Positions 25,778-35,661 of a stretch of 64,000 bases of DNA are shown in pieces. The stretch's first letter is position 1; every line of letters begins with the position of its first letter. The position numbers and the translations under genes were made by a program. This DNA comes from Bacteroidota bacterium (GTDB lineage Bacteria > Bacteroidota > Bacteroidia > Bacteroidales > VadinHA17), in contig DSCJ01000015.1 of NCBI GenBank assembly GCA_011049175.1, positions 9,615-73,614 of the forward strand. Direction: 5' to 3'. The notes beneath the pieces were generated by a model, which did not search any database, was not told where the DNA came from, and saw only the letters and a list, made by a program, of their open reading frames with translations.

Positions 25778-27511
25778 TCAATGACCAATCCATCCGGCCA
25801 CAGTTACCGGACTGAGTGCCGGCAGGTCGAGTTTGTTTTTCTTTCTGTATCCGTTTAGCTCGTTAGCCAGCCTGGCTGGCTTATCCACTTTTTTTAGTTT
25901 TTCCACGCTGGTATATCCCAGTTTCTGCAGTACCGGCACCCATTCTTCTGGTATTCCTCGTTCGAGGTACTCCTCGAGGCTGGAGGCGGTTGATTGGCGG
26001 CCCTGTTCGGGGCGCATCTGTGGGAAAAACAGCACATCCTGTATAGAGGGCTGGTTGGTAAGAATCATGGTAAGGCGGTCGATTCCCACACCCAGTCCGG
26101 CCGTAGGGGGCATGCCTGTTTCCAGGGCTTTCAGGAAATCTTCATCGAGCACCATGGCTTCCTCGTCGCCCCGGCGGCCCAGCATCATCTGGTACTCGAA
26201 GCGTTCCCGCTGATCGATGGGATCATTCAGCTCTGAAAAGGCGTTACACAATTCCTTGCCGTTTACGATGGCCTCGAACCGTTCCACCAGACCTTCCACG
26301 CTGCGGTGTTTTTTCGACAGGGGTGACATTTCCACCGGATAATCCATGATAAAAGTGGGCTGGATGAGTTTCGGTTCGGTGGTTTCCCCGAAAATCTCAT
26401 CGATCAGTTTTCCCTTGCCCATGGAAGGATCGGTTTCCACTCCAAGTTTTGCGGCCGTTTTTCGCAGTTCATCTTCTCCCATTTCCGAGATGTTCACTCC
26501 GGCACGTTCCCTGATGGCTTCGAACATGGTGTACCGTTTCCAGGGTCGTTTAAAATCAATAAGCTGTTCCCCAACCTGTACCCGGGTAGAACCGTGTAGT
26601 TCCTTTACCACCGTTTCAATCATTTCTTCAAACAGGTCCATCATCCAGTAATAATCCTTGTAGGCCACATAGATCTCCATCTGGGTGAATTCGGGATTAT
26701 GGTAGCGGTCCATGCCTTCATTTCGGAAATCCCTGGCAAATTCGTAAACACCGTCATATCCCCCGACAATAAGGCGCTTCAGGTACAGTTCATTGGCTAT
26801 ACGGAGGTAAAGGGTCTGATCCAGTGTGTTATGGTAAGTTTTAAACGGACGTGCGGCAGCGCCGCCGTAAATGGGTTGCAATACGGGTGTTTCCACTTCC
26901 ATGTACCCTTTCCCGTTCAGAAAATTCCTGATGGAATTCACAATCCGGGTTCGCTTTCTGAATATTTCTCTTACCTGAGGGTTCACAATAAGATCGACCG
27001 AGCGGTTGCGATACCGTTGTTCGGGATCGGTAAAAGCATCGTAGGTTTTTCCCTCTTTCTCTTTCACAACAGGCAGCGGGCGGAGTGATTTGCACAGTAT
27101 TTTCAATTCCCTGACATATACTGTAATTTCCCCCATCCGTGTTTTAAAAACATAACCTTTTACCCCTATAATATCACCGATATCAAGCAGGCGCTTGAAA
27201 ACGATGTTGTACAGGGTCTTGTCTTCTCCCGGGCAGAGATCGTCGCGGCGAATATAAATCTGGATCCTGCCCCGGCTGTCCTGAATTTCTGCAAAGGAAG
27301 CATTGCCCATGATACGGCGGCTCATGATTCTGCCGGCAATACGCACATCCTCCATCGGATTTCCGTCAGGGTCATATTCATTCAGGATATCTATCGAATA
27401 CGTATTGACGTCAAATCCTTCAGCAGGATAAGGATCGATTCCCAGCGCACGGAGCCCGGCCAGGGCTTCTCTTCTGATGATTTCCTGTTCACTGAGGTAT
27501 GATGGATGCAT
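25778..27511 (-). CDS. lysS: lysine--tRNA ligase (class II) with a C-terminal extension of about 75 aa
   Basis: An OB-fold N-domain precedes the class II motifs ('FRNEGMD', 'GLGVGIDRL'). I chose the start at ATG 27511 because a -7 box lies inside the GTG-27556 extension. Confidence 0.95.
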   Translation of the reverse strand: MHPSYLSEQEIIRREALAGLRALGIDPYPAEGFDVNTYSIDILNEYDPDGNPMEDVRIAGRIMSRRIMGNASFAEIQDSRGRIQIYIRRDDLCPGEDKTLYNIVFKRLLDIGDIIGVKGYVFKTRMGEITVYVRELKILCKSLRPLPVVKEKEGKTYDAFTDPEQRYRNRSVDLIVNPQVREIFRKRTRIVNSIRNFLNGKGYMEVETPVLQPIYGGAAARPFKTYHNTLDQTLYLRIANELYLKRLIVGGYDGVYEFARDFRNEGMDRYHNPEFTQMEIYVAYKDYYWMMDLFEEMIETVVKELHGSTRVQVGEQLIDFKRPWKRYTMFEAIRERAGVNISEMGEDELRKTAAKLGVETDPSMGKGKLIDEIFGETTEPKLIQPTFIMDYPVEMSPLSKKHRSVEGLVERFEAIVNGKELCNAFSELNDPIDQRERFEYQMMLGRRGDEEAMVLDEDFLKALETGMPPTAGLGVGIDRLTMILTNQPSIQDVLFFPQMRPEQGRQSTASSLEEYLERGIPEEWVPVLQKLGYTSVEKLKKVDKPARLANELNGYRKKNKLDLPALSPVTVAGWIGH

Positions 27512-27544
27512 AAACTCCTGATGTAAGAGTGAAAAAAATTTTTC

Positions 27545-27552
27545 CAAAGATA
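27545..27552 (-). promoter_or_regulatory. putative -7 promoter box (TATCTTTG on the minus strand) upstream of lysS
   Basis: An exact TAnnTTTG match lies about 34 nt upstream of ATG 27511. Confidence 0.45.
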
Positions 27553-27610
27553 GCACTTTCCGGAAGAAAACGGGGCCGGTTTACCGGTATGCTTTCCGGG
27601 CAAAATAAAT

Positions 27611-27618
27611 TACATTTG
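27611..27618 (+). promoter_or_regulatory. putative -7 promoter box TACATTTG upstream of lipA
   Basis: An exact TAnnTTTG match ends 18 nt upstream of the lipA ATG. It is divergent from the lysS box about 60 bp away. Confidence 0.45.
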
Positions 27619-27635
27619 CAGAGAAAAGGCCATAA

Positions 27636-28505
27636 ATGGAACAGAACGATTCCGGAAAAAGAAGATTGCCTCCCTGGTTGAAAATGAAGATGCCGAAAGG
27701 GGAGAGTTACAGCCGGGTTAAAAACCTGGTGCAAAAATACGGTCTGCATACCATCTGTACCAGCGGGAATTGTCCCAATATCGGCGAATGCTGGGGAGCG
27801 GGAACGGCCACCTTCATGATCCTGGGAGATATCTGTACCCGTAACTGCAAATATTGCGGGGTGAAAACCGGTAAACCGGCCCCGCCCGACAGGGACGAAC
27901 CTCTGAGAGTGGCCGAATCGGTGCGTATTATGAAGTTGAGGCACTGTGTGCTGACCAGTGTTGACCGGGACGACCTGCCGGACAGAGGAGCCGGATTCTG
28001 GGCCTATACCATTGGTAAGATCAAAGAAATAAATCCCAATACTACCATAGAGGCGTTGATTCCCGATTTCGACGGCCTTCCGAGAAATCTGGGCCTGATC
28101 CTGGCGGCGGCCCCCGAAGTAATCTCCCATAACCTGGAAACAGTCAGAAGGTTGACTCCGATTATCCGCAGTCGTGCCCGCTATGAGAGAAGCCTGCAAG
28201 TACTTAAATACCTGGCAGAGAACAAGGCGGTTACGAAATCGGGCATTATGCTCGGGCTGGGCGAAAGACGGGAGGAAGTGCTTGAAACCATGGATGATTT
28301 GCTTTCAGTGGGGTGCCGTATCCTGACTATAGGACAGTATCTGGCACCTACCCTGCGGCATATCCCGGTGGCGGAATATTTTCCGACCGAGGTATTTCGT
28401 GAGTACGAAAGGATCGGACTGGAAAAGGGATTCCGTTTTGTAGAAAGCAATCCATTGGTCCGTTCTTCTTATCATGCTGAGAAACACGTGGAGAATAAGG
28501 AATGA
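27636..28505 (+). CDS. lipA: lipoyl synthase
   Basis: Has the auxiliary cluster 'CTSGNCPNIGECW' and the radical-SAM motif 'CTRNCKYC'. Confidence 0.95.
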   Translation: MEQNDSGKRRLPPWLKMKMPKGESYSRVKNLVQKYGLHTICTSGNCPNIGECWGAGTATFMILGDICTRNCKYCGVKTGKPAPPDRDEPLRVAESVRIMKLRHCVLTSVDRDDLPDRGAGFWAYTIGKIKEINPNTTIEALIPDFDGLPRNLGLILAAAPEVISHNLETVRRLTPIIRSRARYERSLQVLKYLAENKAVTKSGIMLGLGERREEVLETMDDLLSVGCRILTIGQYLAPTLRHIPVAEYFPTEVFREYERIGLEKGFRFVESNPLVRSSYHAEKHVENKE

Positions 28506-29224
28506 ACGAGTCAGTTAATACAAATCCGGAAGCCAACGGAATCCCTGTCAGGTTTATTGATCTGGGGATCTTGGATTACCAGCAGGCCTGGGATCTTCAG
28601 GAAAAATATTTCGAGGAGGTTACCGGGGCAAAACTTGATCACCGGGAAGGCATAAAACCCAATTACCTGCTATTTGTTGAGCATCCCCATGTGTATACAC
28701 TTGGAAAGAGCGGTTCGGAGCAAAATTTGCTTATCGATCATATTCAGCTTCAGGCCAGGGAGGCCAGTTTTTACAGAATAAACCGCGGAGGGGATATCAC
28801 TTATCACGGTCCCGGTCAGATTGTGGGTTATCCCATTCTTGACCTGGAAGATTTCGGATTGCATGCCCGAAGCTATATTGCATTGCTCGAAGAAGCGGTT
28901 ATCAGGACACTTGGCCGGTACGGTATCGGGGCCGGACGATTGCCCGGGGCAACGGGAGTATGGCTCGATTCCGGCGATAAGGCAAAAGCCAGGAAAATAT
29001 GTGCCATCGGTGTAAGATTGAGCCGGTTTGTCAGCATGCACGGTTTTGCATTCAATGTGAATACGCAGCTTGAATACTTCGGATATATCAATCCCTGCGG
29101 ATATACCGACAAGGGCGTAACATCCATGAAGAACGAACTGGGCAGTGAGGTGGATATGCCGGAAGTAAAAACCATACTAAGGGAAGAAATGGCCCGGTTA
29201 TTTAAAATGAAATTCGTACTTTAG
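28502..29224 (+). CDS. lipB: octanoyltransferase (lipoyl(octanoyl) transferase)
   Basis: Contains 'RGGDITYHGPGQ' and 'KICAIGV'. An ATGA overlap joins it to lipA. Confidence 0.9.
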   Translation: MNESVNTNPEANGIPVRFIDLGILDYQQAWDLQEKYFEEVTGAKLDHREGIKPNYLLFVEHPHVYTLGKSGSEQNLLIDHIQLQAREASFYRINRGGDITYHGPGQIVGYPILDLEDFGLHARSYIALLEEAVIRTLGRYGIGAGRLPGATGVWLDSGDKAKARKICAIGVRLSRFVSMHGFAFNVNTQLEYFGYINPCGYTDKGVTSMKNELGSEVDMPEVKTILREEMARLFKMKFVL

Positions 29225-29241
29225 TCGACCAAATAAGGGAA

Positions 29242-30960
29242 ATGGAAAAACGCTGGCAGTTAAGGGAAAGAGGTAATGAAAATGTGGTGGAACAGCTTTC
29301 AGCAGAACTGAGCATCGATCCGGTTCTGACTAACCTGCTGGTTCAAAGAGGTATTGACACGTTTGAAAAAGCAAGAACCTTTTTCCGCCCTCAGCTGTCC
29401 GATCTGTACGATCCTTTTCTGATGAAGGACATGAATATTGCCATCGACAGGATTGGATCGGCCATGGCCAGAAATGAAAAAATTCTGGTTTACGGAGATT
29501 ATGATGTAGACGGTACCACGTCGGTTGCCCTTATCTATACTTTTTTCCGTCAGTTTTATCAGAATATGGGATATTATATCCCCGACCGATATACCGAGGG
29601 GTACGGAATATCTTTCAAAGGTGTCGATTATGCAGCAGAGAACAATTACACCCTGATCATTGCCCTGGATTGCGGTATCAAGGCCATTGATAAGGTGGAG
29701 TATGCTGCCAGGAAAAAAATTGATTTCATCATCTGTGACCATCACCGGCCCGGTAATGAATTGCCTGCAGCCACTGCCGTGCTGGATCCACAGCGTCCCG
29801 ATTGCAACTATCCTTTCAGGGAACTGTCGGGTTGCGGGGTCGGGTTTAAACTGATCCACGCCTATGCCCGGATCAACAGCATACCCTTTGAAAGCATTGT
29901 TCCCCTTCTTGACCTGGTGGCGGTAAGCATCGCTTCCGATATTGTTCCCCTGGTTGACGAGAACAGGGTAATGGCATATTTCGGCCTGAAACAACTGAAT
30001 ACCAATCCCAGACTGGGACTTCGTTCCATCATCAAGACGGCGGGGATCGAAAATAAGGAAATTACCATTGAAGATATTGTTTTCCGGATTGGTCCGCGCA
30101 TCAATGCGGCAGGGAGAATTGAGTCGGGAACCAAAGCCGTGGAACTTCTCATTGCTTCAGATGATAAACTGGCGCATGATATTAGTGATAAAATCAATAC
30201 ATTTAACAATACCCGCAAAAATATCGACCGAAACATTACCCGGGAGGCCATGCAGATGATCTCTTCCAACCCCCGGAGAAGAAATGCCAGCAGTACCGTA
30301 CTTTTCAACCCCGACTGGCATAAAGGGGTGATTGGAATTGTGGCAAGCCGGTTGATAGAAACATATTACCGGCCCACGGTCATTCTTACCGAATCGAACG
30401 GATTTGTTACCGGATCGGCCCGGTCGGTTAACGGGTTCGACCTGTATAATGCCATTGAGGCATGCAGCGATCTGCTCGAAAATTTCGGAGGACATATGTA
30501 TGCGGCCGGATTAACTCTGCGGCCCGAGAATCTCGAAGAATTTTCCGAAAGGTTCGAGCAGGTGGTCAGAAAAACGATCACTCCTGAACAGATGATCCCG
30601 GTAGTGGATATCGACGGAGAAATGGATTTCCCTCTGATCGATAATCGCATGATCAGAATACTCAATCAATTCAGGCCGTTCGGCCCTGAAAATATGGCTC
30701 CCGTTTTTGTTACCCGCAGGGTACGTGATGTGGGAACCGGCCGGATCGTGGGGAATACCGGTGAACACCTGAAACTTGATCTGGTGCAGGAAGGCCATAA
30801 TCATCCTCCTCTGGGGGCAATTGCTTTTCATCTGGCCCATCATTTCGACAGGATACGCAACGGGCAACCCTTTGATGTATGTTATACCATTGAGGAAAAT
30901 GAATTCAGGGGAATCACCAGTATCCAGCTCATGGTGAAGGACATCAAGGGGCTTGAATGA
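29242..30960 (+). CDS. recJ: single-stranded-DNA-specific exonuclease RecJ
   Basis: Has the DHH motifs ('VYGDYDVDGTTS', 'ALDCG', 'ICDHH') and the DHHA1 motif 'GGHMYAAG'. Confidence 0.9.
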   Translation: MEKRWQLRERGNENVVEQLSAELSIDPVLTNLLVQRGIDTFEKARTFFRPQLSDLYDPFLMKDMNIAIDRIGSAMARNEKILVYGDYDVDGTTSVALIYTFFRQFYQNMGYYIPDRYTEGYGISFKGVDYAAENNYTLIIALDCGIKAIDKVEYAARKKIDFIICDHHRPGNELPAATAVLDPQRPDCNYPFRELSGCGVGFKLIHAYARINSIPFESIVPLLDLVAVSIASDIVPLVDENRVMAYFGLKQLNTNPRLGLRSIIKTAGIENKEITIEDIVFRIGPRINAAGRIESGTKAVELLIASDDKLAHDISDKINTFNNTRKNIDRNITREAMQMISSNPRRRNASSTVLFNPDWHKGVIGIVASRLIETYYRPTVILTESNGFVTGSARSVNGFDLYNAIEACSDLLENFGGHMYAAGLTLRPENLEEFSERFEQVVRKTITPEQMIPVVDIDGEMDFPLIDNRMIRILNQFRPFGPENMAPVFVTRRVRDVGTGRIVGNTGEHLKLDLVQEGHNHPPLGAIAFHLAHHFDRIRNGQPFDVCYTIEENEFRGITSIQLMVKDIKGLE

Positions 30961-30961
30961 G

Positions 30962-33031
30962 CTAAAACCTCCAGCGTATCTGGCATTTGACCTCGTGCCT
31001 TGTGTGACTGTTTATGGCATTCCATCCTGTGCCAATACATTCCCTGTCGTTGTAATCGGTAACCGACCATTTGAACCAGGTGTCGATATTGTTCCATACA
31101 CTTGTTTTCACTACCAGATAAAAGCGGGTTCCCTTTCCTGAAAAAAACGGGAATGACATGGAAGTCCAGACATCGTGCTCATAGCTATAGATACGGCTCT
31201 CATAATGGTCGGTATCGAAAAGAGCGAAACGGATCCAGGCATACCAGGGTATCGCCACAGGATGGATCCCTATATCCTGTGAAACAAAAAATCCAAGTCG
31301 GGGGGGGTCTCCCTGTATCCAGGAACGGCTGGTTTCCACACGGGTTGTCAGGCTTGTGCGGGCCGAAGGTTGGTGATGAATCTGAAACCGGGAACTGGTT
31401 TTATTATGCTTCAAAGGGATAGATAGGTTCCGGTCGTTTGCAGAATAATTCCGGTCTTTGTTTTTATGCCGGATGCGGAAAGTACATTTTGTTGATGGAT
31501 TCAATGTGCGCGATAACCATACCGAATATTCCTGTCCCGCCGACGGAGAATCCGCAAGGTACCTGAGCCAGGGAAACCGGAACACGTCATGGGAAACATT
31601 CACTTCCCAACCAGCTGGCGTTTGGTATCTGAAAGCAGCGTATAAACCGGTTTCATTCGAAACGGTTGCTCCTTCAGAAATCCCGTTTCCGTAAGGAGCC
31701 TGGTAGTCAGGTGAATAATGCCGGAAAATCGTTGTGAGCCGTATGTTTTCTGAAAGTTGCCATTCCATTCCGTGCAGGCAGGCAGTGGAAACATTCCGGT
31801 CAAAAGCCGTTTCTCCAAAAAATACCATGTTTCGCAGAGACCACTGGTAATCGACAGAAACATTATATGTATACCGGCCTGACAGATCGTAGATATAGGC
31901 CGGTTCCCGCCGGGTTACTTTTTCGCGGTCCCAGAGCAGGGCCAGCAGGTTACATCCCAGGTCGAATGATTTGCCCCGATACCGTATGGTTCCACCGGCA
32001 GCCCATTCCCTCAGGTTTTTCCTGTACTCTAACTGTCGTTCGGTAGCATGTATCCCGTCGGTGACCCAGTTTGAAAAGCCCTCGTCGTTCAACCGGGCGT
32101 CTACCCGGTGCCCTGAGAACAGGCAGGATACTGTAAACGGTCCTTTACCGGCAGTAAGTGCTGCTCCTCTGAAAAAACGGTTTTCTTCCGTGGAGTTGAA
32201 AGCCTTGATCCCGCCCGGGATTTTTCTGCCCGAAAAGTTACCGGCAGTTTTCCCCAGACTGAAACCGGTCCATGCCACCAGGCCCTGTCCCGCCATGAGA
32301 TGGAAATCACCCAGATTGATCTGTCGGATGTTGTTCCCGGGGTGGATTTGAATACTAAAAGCATGGTGATCAAATGGTATTTTGTTTTTTCCCGTGAAGA
32401 AAGGTTCCCCCGGATCTTTTTCGGCTGTCCATCTGATATGGAGAAAATCCCCGGCAGCCAGGGAATACCTGATAAGTTGTTTTGAGGGATCACCGAGGGG
32501 GGCAGCATTACTGCTGAGGCTGTCGGTACGGTATTCCCGGTATACCGGCCTTCTGCCTGCCACTTCCTGGTAGCGTATCATGACCGACTGCCTGATTTTT
32601 GAAAAAATTTGCGGTACCGTTCGGGCAAGTGGACTTTCCTTTTTCCCGAAATAGACAAATGGCATCAGCCAGCCGGCTAGCTGGCTGTCGAATCCGTGCA
32701 GGTAGGCTATTTCATAGATGGAACCGATGGGTCCAAACCGCTTTACATATTCCAGCAATATTTCTATCTGGAAAGGGGTGAGAAAATGAAGCCTGGAAAG
32801 CTCTTCTCTACTGGTATTGTTGATATTCAGGGGGTGAACTGAAAACCAGTACAGGTCCTCTTCCAGTTCCGGGATTTCCCCGAAGCTTTCCTGCAGAAGA
32901 AAAATTTCCTCGATGATTTGCTCGAGTAATGGATCGGGGAAAGATTGTGCGGCCATTTGACTGGGAAAGCTCAGGGCTATGAGGAATATCAGCCCTTTCC
33001 TGACAGAATGATCTGTGTGTCTGTAGTTCAT
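30962..33031 (-). CDS. secreted ComEA-like helix-hairpin-helix domain fused to a large outer-membrane beta-barrel-like domain
   Basis: The signal peptide reads 'LIFLIALSFPSQMAA|QSF'. The HhH segment 'LNINNTSREELSRLHFLTPFQIEILLEYVKRFGPIGSIYEI' precedes about 550 aa of alternating aromatic/polar beta-strand-like sequence ending 'QIRWRF' (C-terminal Phe). I chose the start at ATG 33031, which overlaps the upstream stop (ATGA). Confidence 0.6.
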   Translation of the reverse strand: MNYRHTDHSVRKGLIFLIALSFPSQMAAQSFPDPLLEQIIEEIFLLQESFGEIPELEEDLYWFSVHPLNINNTSREELSRLHFLTPFQIEILLEYVKRFGPIGSIYEIAYLHGFDSQLAGWLMPFVYFGKKESPLARTVPQIFSKIRQSVMIRYQEVAGRRPVYREYRTDSLSSNAAPLGDPSKQLIRYSLAAGDFLHIRWTAEKDPGEPFFTGKNKIPFDHHAFSIQIHPGNNIRQINLGDFHLMAGQGLVAWTGFSLGKTAGNFSGRKIPGGIKAFNSTEENRFFRGAALTAGKGPFTVSCLFSGHRVDARLNDEGFSNWVTDGIHATERQLEYRKNLREWAAGGTIRYRGKSFDLGCNLLALLWDREKVTRREPAYIYDLSGRYTYNVSVDYQWSLRNMVFFGETAFDRNVSTACLHGMEWQLSENIRLTTIFRHYSPDYQAPYGNGISEGATVSNETGLYAAFRYQTPAGWEVNVSHDVFRFPWLRYLADSPSAGQEYSVWLSRTLNPSTKCTFRIRHKNKDRNYSANDRNLSIPLKHNKTSSRFQIHHQPSARTSLTTRVETSRSWIQGDPPRLGFFVSQDIGIHPVAIPWYAWIRFALFDTDHYESRIYSYEHDVWTSMSFPFFSGKGTRFYLVVKTSVWNNIDTWFKWSVTDYNDRECIGTGWNAINSHTRHEVKCQIRWRF

Positions 33032-33858
33032 GGGAAAGAGATCTGAACGGAGAAGTGCGGGGTGGTTCCCAGCGTGTGATGATAGGTGAATGCCAGGTCG
33101 GTTCTGATCCTGCCGGTGCGGTATCCCAGCCCGAAGCACCAGCTGGCCGGTGAGATTCCCGTACCTGCCCTGATCCACATTTGTTCCGAAAGGGTATATT
33201 CCATTCCCGCTTTCCATAACGGACGGTTTTCCAAATCTTTTTCGATTTCGATCCCGATGAGTAGTTCATCACCGGCCGTCCAGGCCATTCCGGCACGGAA
33301 AATGGTAGGAAGGTATTCGTCGGGATATGTGTCCATCCGGGTCCGGCTTGGATTGAATATATGGACACCTGCCATCAACCGGGAAGTTGGGCGATATTGA
33401 ATTCCGGCCTCAACACCCAGGAAACTTTTATCGCCGTACATCCCGGAAATGCGTGTGCGAAAATAGTCAAGCTGGATCCCCGCTGCGAAACGCTCGGTGA
33501 ATTTTCTGGCAAAAGCCAGTCCGATGCGCGATTCTCTGTACATTGAGTATCCGAAGCCCGACATATTCAATGCCAGAATGCCCGGCTTTGCTGGCAGGGC
33601 AAGGGCCAGACTTTGAAATCCCAGTTTGCTTTCCAGAAAACGGTTTTCATGGTGGAAGCCCACACATTTCTGGTCGATCCAGGCTAAACCTGCCTGATTA
33701 TCCTGCATGGACCAGAATCCAGGCAGCATCACTCCCATGCCCGCCATACCGGCGGAGCGTGCTCCCGGTGCATACTGATCGTGGGAAGCCCGTACACAAA
33801 CCATACCCACCCACCCCTGTATGACGAGAGTCAACAGCAGGATACGAAGGCGCTTCAT
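33028..33858 (-). CDS. small outer-membrane beta-barrel protein (PorV/PorQ/FadL-like N-terminal pattern)
   Basis: Has a signal peptide 'GMVCVRA|SHD' and 'GARSAGMAGMGV...DNQAGLAW', which resembles the N-terminal motif of PorQ/FadL-like barrels as I remember it. The beta-strand periodicity is amphipathic throughout. Confidence 0.45.
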   Translation of the reverse strand: MKRLRILLLTLVIQGWVGMVCVRASHDQYAPGARSAGMAGMGVMLPGFWSMQDNQAGLAWIDQKCVGFHHENRFLESKLGFQSLALALPAKPGILALNMSGFGYSMYRESRIGLAFARKFTERFAAGIQLDYFRTRISGMYGDKSFLGVEAGIQYRPTSRLMAGVHIFNPSRTRMDTYPDEYLPTIFRAGMAWTAGDELLIGIEIEKDLENRPLWKAGMEYTLSEQMWIRAGTGISPASWCFGLGYRTGRIRTDLAFTYHHTLGTTPHFSVQISFP

Positions 33859-33889
33859 TTGCGGTTCAGGGCAAAATAATAGGGTGCTT

Positions 33890-34402
33890 TCAGTTCACTT
33901 TATGTTGATATTTGATTTTTTTCAGTTCTTCATTGGCCTGAACGATCTTTTTCTCAAGGCCTGCTTTGAAGCGCAGAACCTTTTCATGAATGGCAGGATC
34001 ACCGGTTCCCAGGATCTGGGCGGCAAGAATTCCTGCATTACGTGCTGCATCAAGTCCAACGGTTGCTACCGGTATTCCTGGCGGCATTTGTACAATAGAT
34101 AACAGAGAATCCCATCCGTCTAAAGAAATACCAGCCCTGACGGGTACTCCGATTACCGGAAGCGGGGTCATGGCAGCCACCACACCGGGAAGGTGGGCTG
34201 CTCCGCCTGCTCCAGCAATGACGACCCTTATACCGCGTTCATGGGCCTTCCGTGCAAAATCCATCACCTGATGCGGTGTGCGGTGTGCGGAAAGAGCCTG
34301 TATCTCAAACGGAATTTCAAATTCATCCAGCACTTTGGCTGCCTCCTCCATGACCGGCAGATCGGAGGTGCTTCCCATAATAATGCTCACTAAAGGATCC
34401 AT
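33890..34402 (-). CDS. purE: 5-(carboxyamino)imidazole ribonucleotide mutase
   Basis: Contains 'IIMGSTSDL' and '[13 protein letters not shown]'. 170 aa. Confidence 0.95.
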   Translation of the reverse strand: MDPLVSIIMGSTSDLPVMEEAAKVLDEFEIPFEIQALSAHRTPHQVMDFARKAHERGIRVVIAGAGGAAHLPGVVAAMTPLPVIGVPVRAGISLDGWDSLLSIVQMPPGIPVATVGLDAARNAGILAAQILGTGDPAIHEKVLRFKAGLEKKIVQANEELKKIKYQHKVN

Positions 34403-34488
34403 AAACAGTATTCAATTATCGATTTTTCATTCATTTCTAAAGTTAATAAATATTTCTTCATATTTTCGTAGCTTATAAAAGTTTTGGC

Positions 34489-35031
34489 ATGCGTTCGGAA
34501 ACCATCAGATTAAAAGATAAATGGTTCAGGCTCTATATACATGAAGAACAGATCCTTGCCCGGGTCAGAAAAATTGCTTATGAGATAAACAGAGATCTGG
34601 AAGGGAAAGAGGTGATGTTTGTGGTAATCCTGAACGGTGCCTTTGTGTTTGCTGCCGATCTTCTTCGTGAAATACACCTTCCTTCCTGCCAGATGAGCTT
34701 TTTGAAACTCTCCTCCTATGAGGGTATGCAGAGTACAGGACATGTAAAGGAACTTCTGGGGGTGGAAGAAAACCTGGAAGGAAGGACGGTAGTGGTTGTG
34801 GAAGATATTGTGGATTCGGGTGTTACACTGGAAACCATTGTAAATACGCTTGAAAAACATCGTCCGGCGGAAATCCTGATTTCCGCCCTCCTGCTGAAGC
34901 CCGAAGCTTATCAGTACAAAAGGCATATTGATTATGTGGGTTTTGAAATACCGAACGATTTTATTGTTGGTTATGGGTTGGATTATGATGGTGTGGGAAG
35001 AAACCTGAGAGATATCTATCAGTTGAAATAA
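34489..35031 (+). CDS. hpt: hypoxanthine phosphoribosyltransferase
   Basis: Has the PRPP-binding motif 'VVVVEDIVDSGVTL'. 180 aa. Confidence 0.9.
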   Translation: MRSETIRLKDKWFRLYIHEEQILARVRKIAYEINRDLEGKEVMFVVILNGAFVFAADLLREIHLPSCQMSFLKLSSYEGMQSTGHVKELLGVEENLEGRTVVVVEDIVDSGVTLETIVNTLEKHRPAEILISALLLKPEAYQYKRHIDYVGFEIPNDFIVGYGLDYDGVGRNLRDIYQLK

Positions 35032-35056
35032 TAGTCAGACACTTTAACTCTTTGTT

Positions 35057-35641
35057 ATGCTGAATTTGGTAATTTTTGGTCCTCCGGGTTCCGGCAAAGG
35101 AACCCAGTCAGAGAAGCTGATTGAACGGTATGGCCTGGTCCATATGTCCACAGGCGATATCCTGCGGGCCGAGATGGCTGCCCATACCGAACTGGGTAAA
35201 AAAGCGCAGGCCTACATGGAAAAGGGTGAACTGGTGCCCGATGCCGATGTCATTGAAATGGTTGCCCGGAAAATCGATCAGACGAAAGACCCGCAAGGAT
35301 TCATTTTTGACGGTTTTCCCCGTACAACAGCCCAGGCAAGATCGCTCAGGAACATGCTAACCGAAAGGGATACACGTATTGATCTGGTGATTTCTCTGGA
35401 AGTGCCTGAAGAAGAGCTTGTAAAACGATTGCTGAAGCGGGGTCAGGAGGCAGGTCGTCAGGATGATGAGATCGGGGTAATCAGGAACCGGATTGAGGTA
35501 TATAAGCAAATGACCACACCGGTAATCGATTTCTATAAGAAAATGAGAAAATATGTGCCCGTGGAAGGAGTTGGAACGATTGATGAAATATTCGAACGGA
35601 TTGTGAACAGGATCGAACATTACATTTCTTTCACACTCTGA
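35057..35641 (+). CDS. adk: adenylate kinase (short-lid type)
   Basis: Has the P-loop '[10 protein letters not shown]', plus 'STGDILR' and 'DGFPRT'. Confidence 0.95.
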   Translation: MLNLVIFGPPGSGKGTQSEKLIERYGLVHMSTGDILRAEMAAHTELGKKAQAYMEKGELVPDADVIEMVARKIDQTKDPQGFIFDGFPRTTAQARSLRNMLTERDTRIDLVISLEVPEEELVKRLLKRGQEAGRQDDEIGVIRNRIEVYKQMTTPVIDFYKKMRKYVPVEGVGTIDEIFERIVNRIEHYISFTL

Positions 35642-35661
35642 GAAACGGGCGGCCACCCCTT

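Noticed and set aside
32808-33368. A 186-aa minus-strand ORF bridging the barrel gene and the HhH gene, together with the long N-terminal extension of the HhH ORF up to 33217.
   Set aside because: The extension has no signal peptide and overlaps the upstream gene by about 190 nt. The internal ATG at 33031 gives a canonical signal peptide and an ATGA stop/start overlap, which is the more parsimonious model.
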